Shown here piece after piece: positions 61,001 through 64,000 of a stretch of 64,000 bases of DNA. A program made the translations under genes and the position numbers. The DNA is taken from NCBI RefSeq assembly GCF_964355755.1, contig NC_092672.1, positions 13,764,001 to 13,828,000 of the forward strand. The letters are read 5' to 3'. The notes below the pieces were generated by a model. It searched no databases and was not told the DNA's origin. It worked only from the letters and a program-made list of their open reading frames with translations. Positions within the stretch are counted from its first letter, which is position 1. Each line of letters opens with the position of its first letter. The stretch is from Antedon mediterranea (Eukaryota; Animalia; Echinodermata).

Positions 61001-63198
61001 TATTGCTGCACTGTAGGCTAACATTTTAAATTCTACACTGTCAGCTTTTAGTAGTCGATGAAAAGGGTTGTCCCGTAGAACTGAGTGAAAAGGGAGAGAT
61101 ATGGGTACGTAGTCCGGTTGCGTTCAGAGGGTACTATGGTGATACTGAGAAAACAAAGCAGACGATCACTGAAAATGGATGGATTAAAACAGGGTACTAT
61201 CACAACTTTAATATCTAGAAAACAGCGTCACCTATTGTCATATTTAATTTATAGGCCGATGAACAGATAATTAAAGTAGTCGTAACAATTAATTTAAATC
61301 CTGTATTTGTCCATATTAATATGGACAATATTTAATTTACAAGAATAATAGCAAATAATAAAAGCAAAGTACCGCAGTACAGTAGGCCTAAGAAAAAATA
61401 ACGAAAGCGATTTGTTTGTGTAACTCTTCTTTTCCAGAGATGTTGGCAAGCTAACTGCAGATGGATACCTGAAAATAGTTGGTCGAACTAAGGTACAGGA
61501 ATCAACCTGACACGAAGCATTTTTACATACCGGTACCTTTTAATTTGCTAACTGTACCTGTGTTAACAGAGGCGACCTTCTTTGGAAAGTTTTAAAGAAA
61601 AAAAAGCTTCTGCGTTGCAAATTAATCCGCTCCAAATAGGGGTATATTGACGTTGACGTTTCTTAAATATTTCACTGGGTATCGGCTAATACATAAAGTG
61701 GTTTTATTACAGGACACAATTTTTAGAAGTGGTTCAAATATCCATCCTTCAGACGTGGAATGTGTAATAGTAACTCATCCTGCCATAAGCAATGTGCAGG
61801 TAAGTGTATCATTATTAGGTTTGTAACAATAATTTAGCACAGCTCCAACTCCTAAGGACACTGTTTTGCTGTTTGTTTCATAAAATTTCAATTTACATTC
61901 GTTAGAATATTGTTAATATTAAAACTTACTTAAAATCATACAAATTCAAATATCAATTCATTGATAATGGTATATTTATTAAAATCATCTTTAATGAACT
62001 GAATTGCGATAGATTAATCAATTTCAGGTTCTACCAATACCAGATTACAGGATTGGTGAAGATGTTTCTGCCTGTGTTGTGTAAGTTTATTTCATTTATA
62101 CCAAAAATAGAATAATATTACACTAAATGTATTATATTTCTCTAAAAAGACATATTGAAGATTTTTTTTAATAAATACAAGTTTTTATTTAATTAAGGAT
62201 AGGTCCTATTATTATCTCCAGACAAAACTAGTGTTGTACATTTTTTTAAATGTGCGATTTTCTAATTGTTATTCAAACTAAAGATTTTACGCAACGACAT
62301 AAGCACAACGCAAATAATTTGACTTAATCACGACACGACAAATTACCTAATACATTATTGATGTTTTCGTTTTTAACGGACGTGATAAACCTTATTAAAC
62401 TTTAAAGTGACTTATTCAAAGTCTGATTTTAATAATTATCTTTTTTCATGTTTTTTATAGACAATCTTTAACATAAATTAAAAGAAAAAATATTTACTTA
62501 TTATTTCAGATTAAACGAAGGTTATGATATCACAGAGGAAGAACTGAAAACTTTCTTTGAAGGAGAGGTGGCTACAGGAAAGGTATCCACCTCAAGATCA
62601 AACAAACACTGAAAGCTGACTCCCTATAGTTTATTTTATACAATTATCAGGCATCCATAAAAAACGACTTGAATAGACATTAAGAAGAATTTCAGAACCA
62701 AATTAGCATACCAAGTTTAAGTATCATATCACACTTTAAAATAAGAGCTGATTATGGATATTTTGTAGAACTCTATCCGTTGTGACACCATTATTAAGGT
62801 GATACAAACAAAATACATAACAATGTACCTATGTTTAACACTTTAATAAATATACTAAAACTTCATGTATTTTCTTTTTCAGATGTCAGATTTTATCCTG
62901 CCGTCTTACTTTCTAATATTTGACTCTTTTCCATATGGAGCTTCTGGAAAGGTACTGTATGGCGTTATTTTTATCTGGATGCCATAGGTCTATGGCATCT
63001 AAAAATGTATAAATTTATACAAATAAATATTTCAATGTACTAAACATACAACGTCTATATTGATTAGAACTGACTTTCTTATTTTTCTTTAATTATCATT
63101 TACAGGTGGATCGTAAGAAGTTGCAAGAGTTAGCTATTGGTCGAGTTAAATTACCAGAAACTCCTTACGTCGAAAAACGTGTAGAGTTACATGATTAA
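55085..63198 (+). CDS. ACSF2-like medium-chain acyl-CoA synthetase (AMP-binding superfamily), ~566 aa, 18 exons
   Basis: Exons 55085-55255, 56579-56710, 56868-56921, 57052-57164, 57257-57304, 57394-57502, 57702-57794, 58818-58966, 59152-59243, 59703-59776, 60835-60936, 61045-61193, 61438-61492, 61713-61799, 62028-62080, 62510-62567, 62883-62951, 63106-63198, all phase-consistent. Motifs SYVH, TSGTTGSPK, YGSTE, GWIKTGD, IVGRTKD, SGKVDRKKL. Confidence 0.92.
56159..56230 (+). tRNA. tRNA-like gene or SINE head, anticodon ATC (Asp), inside a dispersed repeat
   Basis: 72-nt cloverleaf: acceptor GCCCCAG/TTGGGGC, D-arm GTC/GAC, anticodon stem TCTGC/GCAGG with loop ATATCAA, T-arm CCGAG-TTCGAGT-CTCGG. 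A and B boxes are intact, with TTTTT 2 nt downstream. Related flanks at 25620..25770 and 32960..33095. Confidence 0.65.
58055..58745. repeat. Compound (ACA/ACT/ACG/ATA)n microsatellite in an acyl-CoA synthetase intron
   Basis: Low-complexity trinucleotide repeats. Confidence 0.95.
60021..60590. mobile_element. Degenerate MITE (TAG-terminal TIRs) carrying a HINE-like insertion at 60255..60358
   Basis: TAGCGAGCTTTAGCAGGAGCACGTATAATGTCAAC pairs imperfectly with GTTAACGTTTTACATGCTCTTGCGAATTAAGCTCCCTA. Confidence 0.6.
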
Positions 63199-64000
63199 AC
63201 CAAACATAACTGTTTATATAATTATAATAAATGTATACAATTAACTTTAACATTTGGACTTCGGGTGCAGTTACGTTATTATGTTATGAAGATAAATAAG
63301 GCATATAGCATGGATGATTCTAAAAATGTAGTTTAATGATGCTAATTATGGGATTGCATGCTCGTCAACAAAACGTTATTTAAAACTAGACAATCATGAC
63401 TTATTAATTCACCAATTACAACAATATATTATATATTATTATATATGCATTATAACAAATTTATTGAAGCACAATTAGGTCTTTTATTAGATTTTTATAA
63501 CAGGTATCTATTCAATCACCTTCAATCCTTCGTGATTAAGGGTCAAATTTTAATATTTACCAATCATAGAACATATAAAACCAAACAAAAACTAACATTT
63601 AACAAAAATGTGATGTTTTCTTATCCTGTTAATCAATCATACGCAATGTAAAAGAGCACTTACATCATTTCGTCCGTTGACATAAGGTCATCAAAGGTCA
63701 ACATTTTAATATGCGTTTTAGGTAGTAACAAATAAATGCAAAGTTGTCCAAATTATGATATCGATAGTTTTACAAGTAATCAAATTATTTGATCAGTAAA
63801 GTTTGTTATTTCATTATAATTTTGAATAATAATAATTATAATACTGTAATTAATCAAATCAGACTAAAAATGTTACGCTGACCTTAAATAAAATAAATGG
63901 TTAAAGCAAAACTTATTATGCAAAGATTGGTCAGAACATGGTTACATGCCTACAACTTTCATTTTGAGGCAATGAACTATCTGATTTGATCTGCTTCTTT

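Noticed and set aside
61307-61329. Short palindromes (also ~54848 and ~62978)
   Set aside because: Too short to distinguish from chance or tiny MITE scars in AT-rich DNA.
55085-63198. Possible luciferase
   Set aside because: The motifs fit ACSF2-type ligases, and nothing in the sequence specifically supports firefly-type luciferase function.

Overview
AT-rich animal genomic DNA with spliceosomal introns and dense transposon debris. It looks like a marine invertebrate, possibly an echinoderm (inference only). Host genes: (1) two recently duplicated rhodopsin-class peptide-receptor-like GPCR copies (3720..4859, 12164..13301), each broken by a different single-base lesion; (2) a 19-coding-exon minus-strand gene (44215..23445, ~1372 aa, all exon phases consistent) for a type I membrane receptor: signal peptide, YWTD beta-propeller, CUB, 4 near-identical HYR exons, EGF-like, an uncharacterised stalk, TM and a Tyr-motif tail; (3) an 18-exon ACSF2-like acyl-CoA synthetase (55085..63198), preceded by an orphan terminal exon of a lost paralog. 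The most striking mobile element is an intact, very recent Penelope-like retroelement (RT + GIY-YIG) in a receptor intron. It has a 12-13 bp TSD, a perfect 378-bp 5' palindrome and three minimal hammerhead-ribozyme motifs. Two more unrelated minimal hammerheads occur in the window, one inside a 61-bp-armed hairpin. Also present: a perfect tRNA-like cloverleaf with an AUC anticodon, a structured 222-bp head-to-tail dimer, a Helitron nested in one LINE and carrying another, HINE-like elements, MITEs and minisatellites. All calls were made by eye; no database searches were run.
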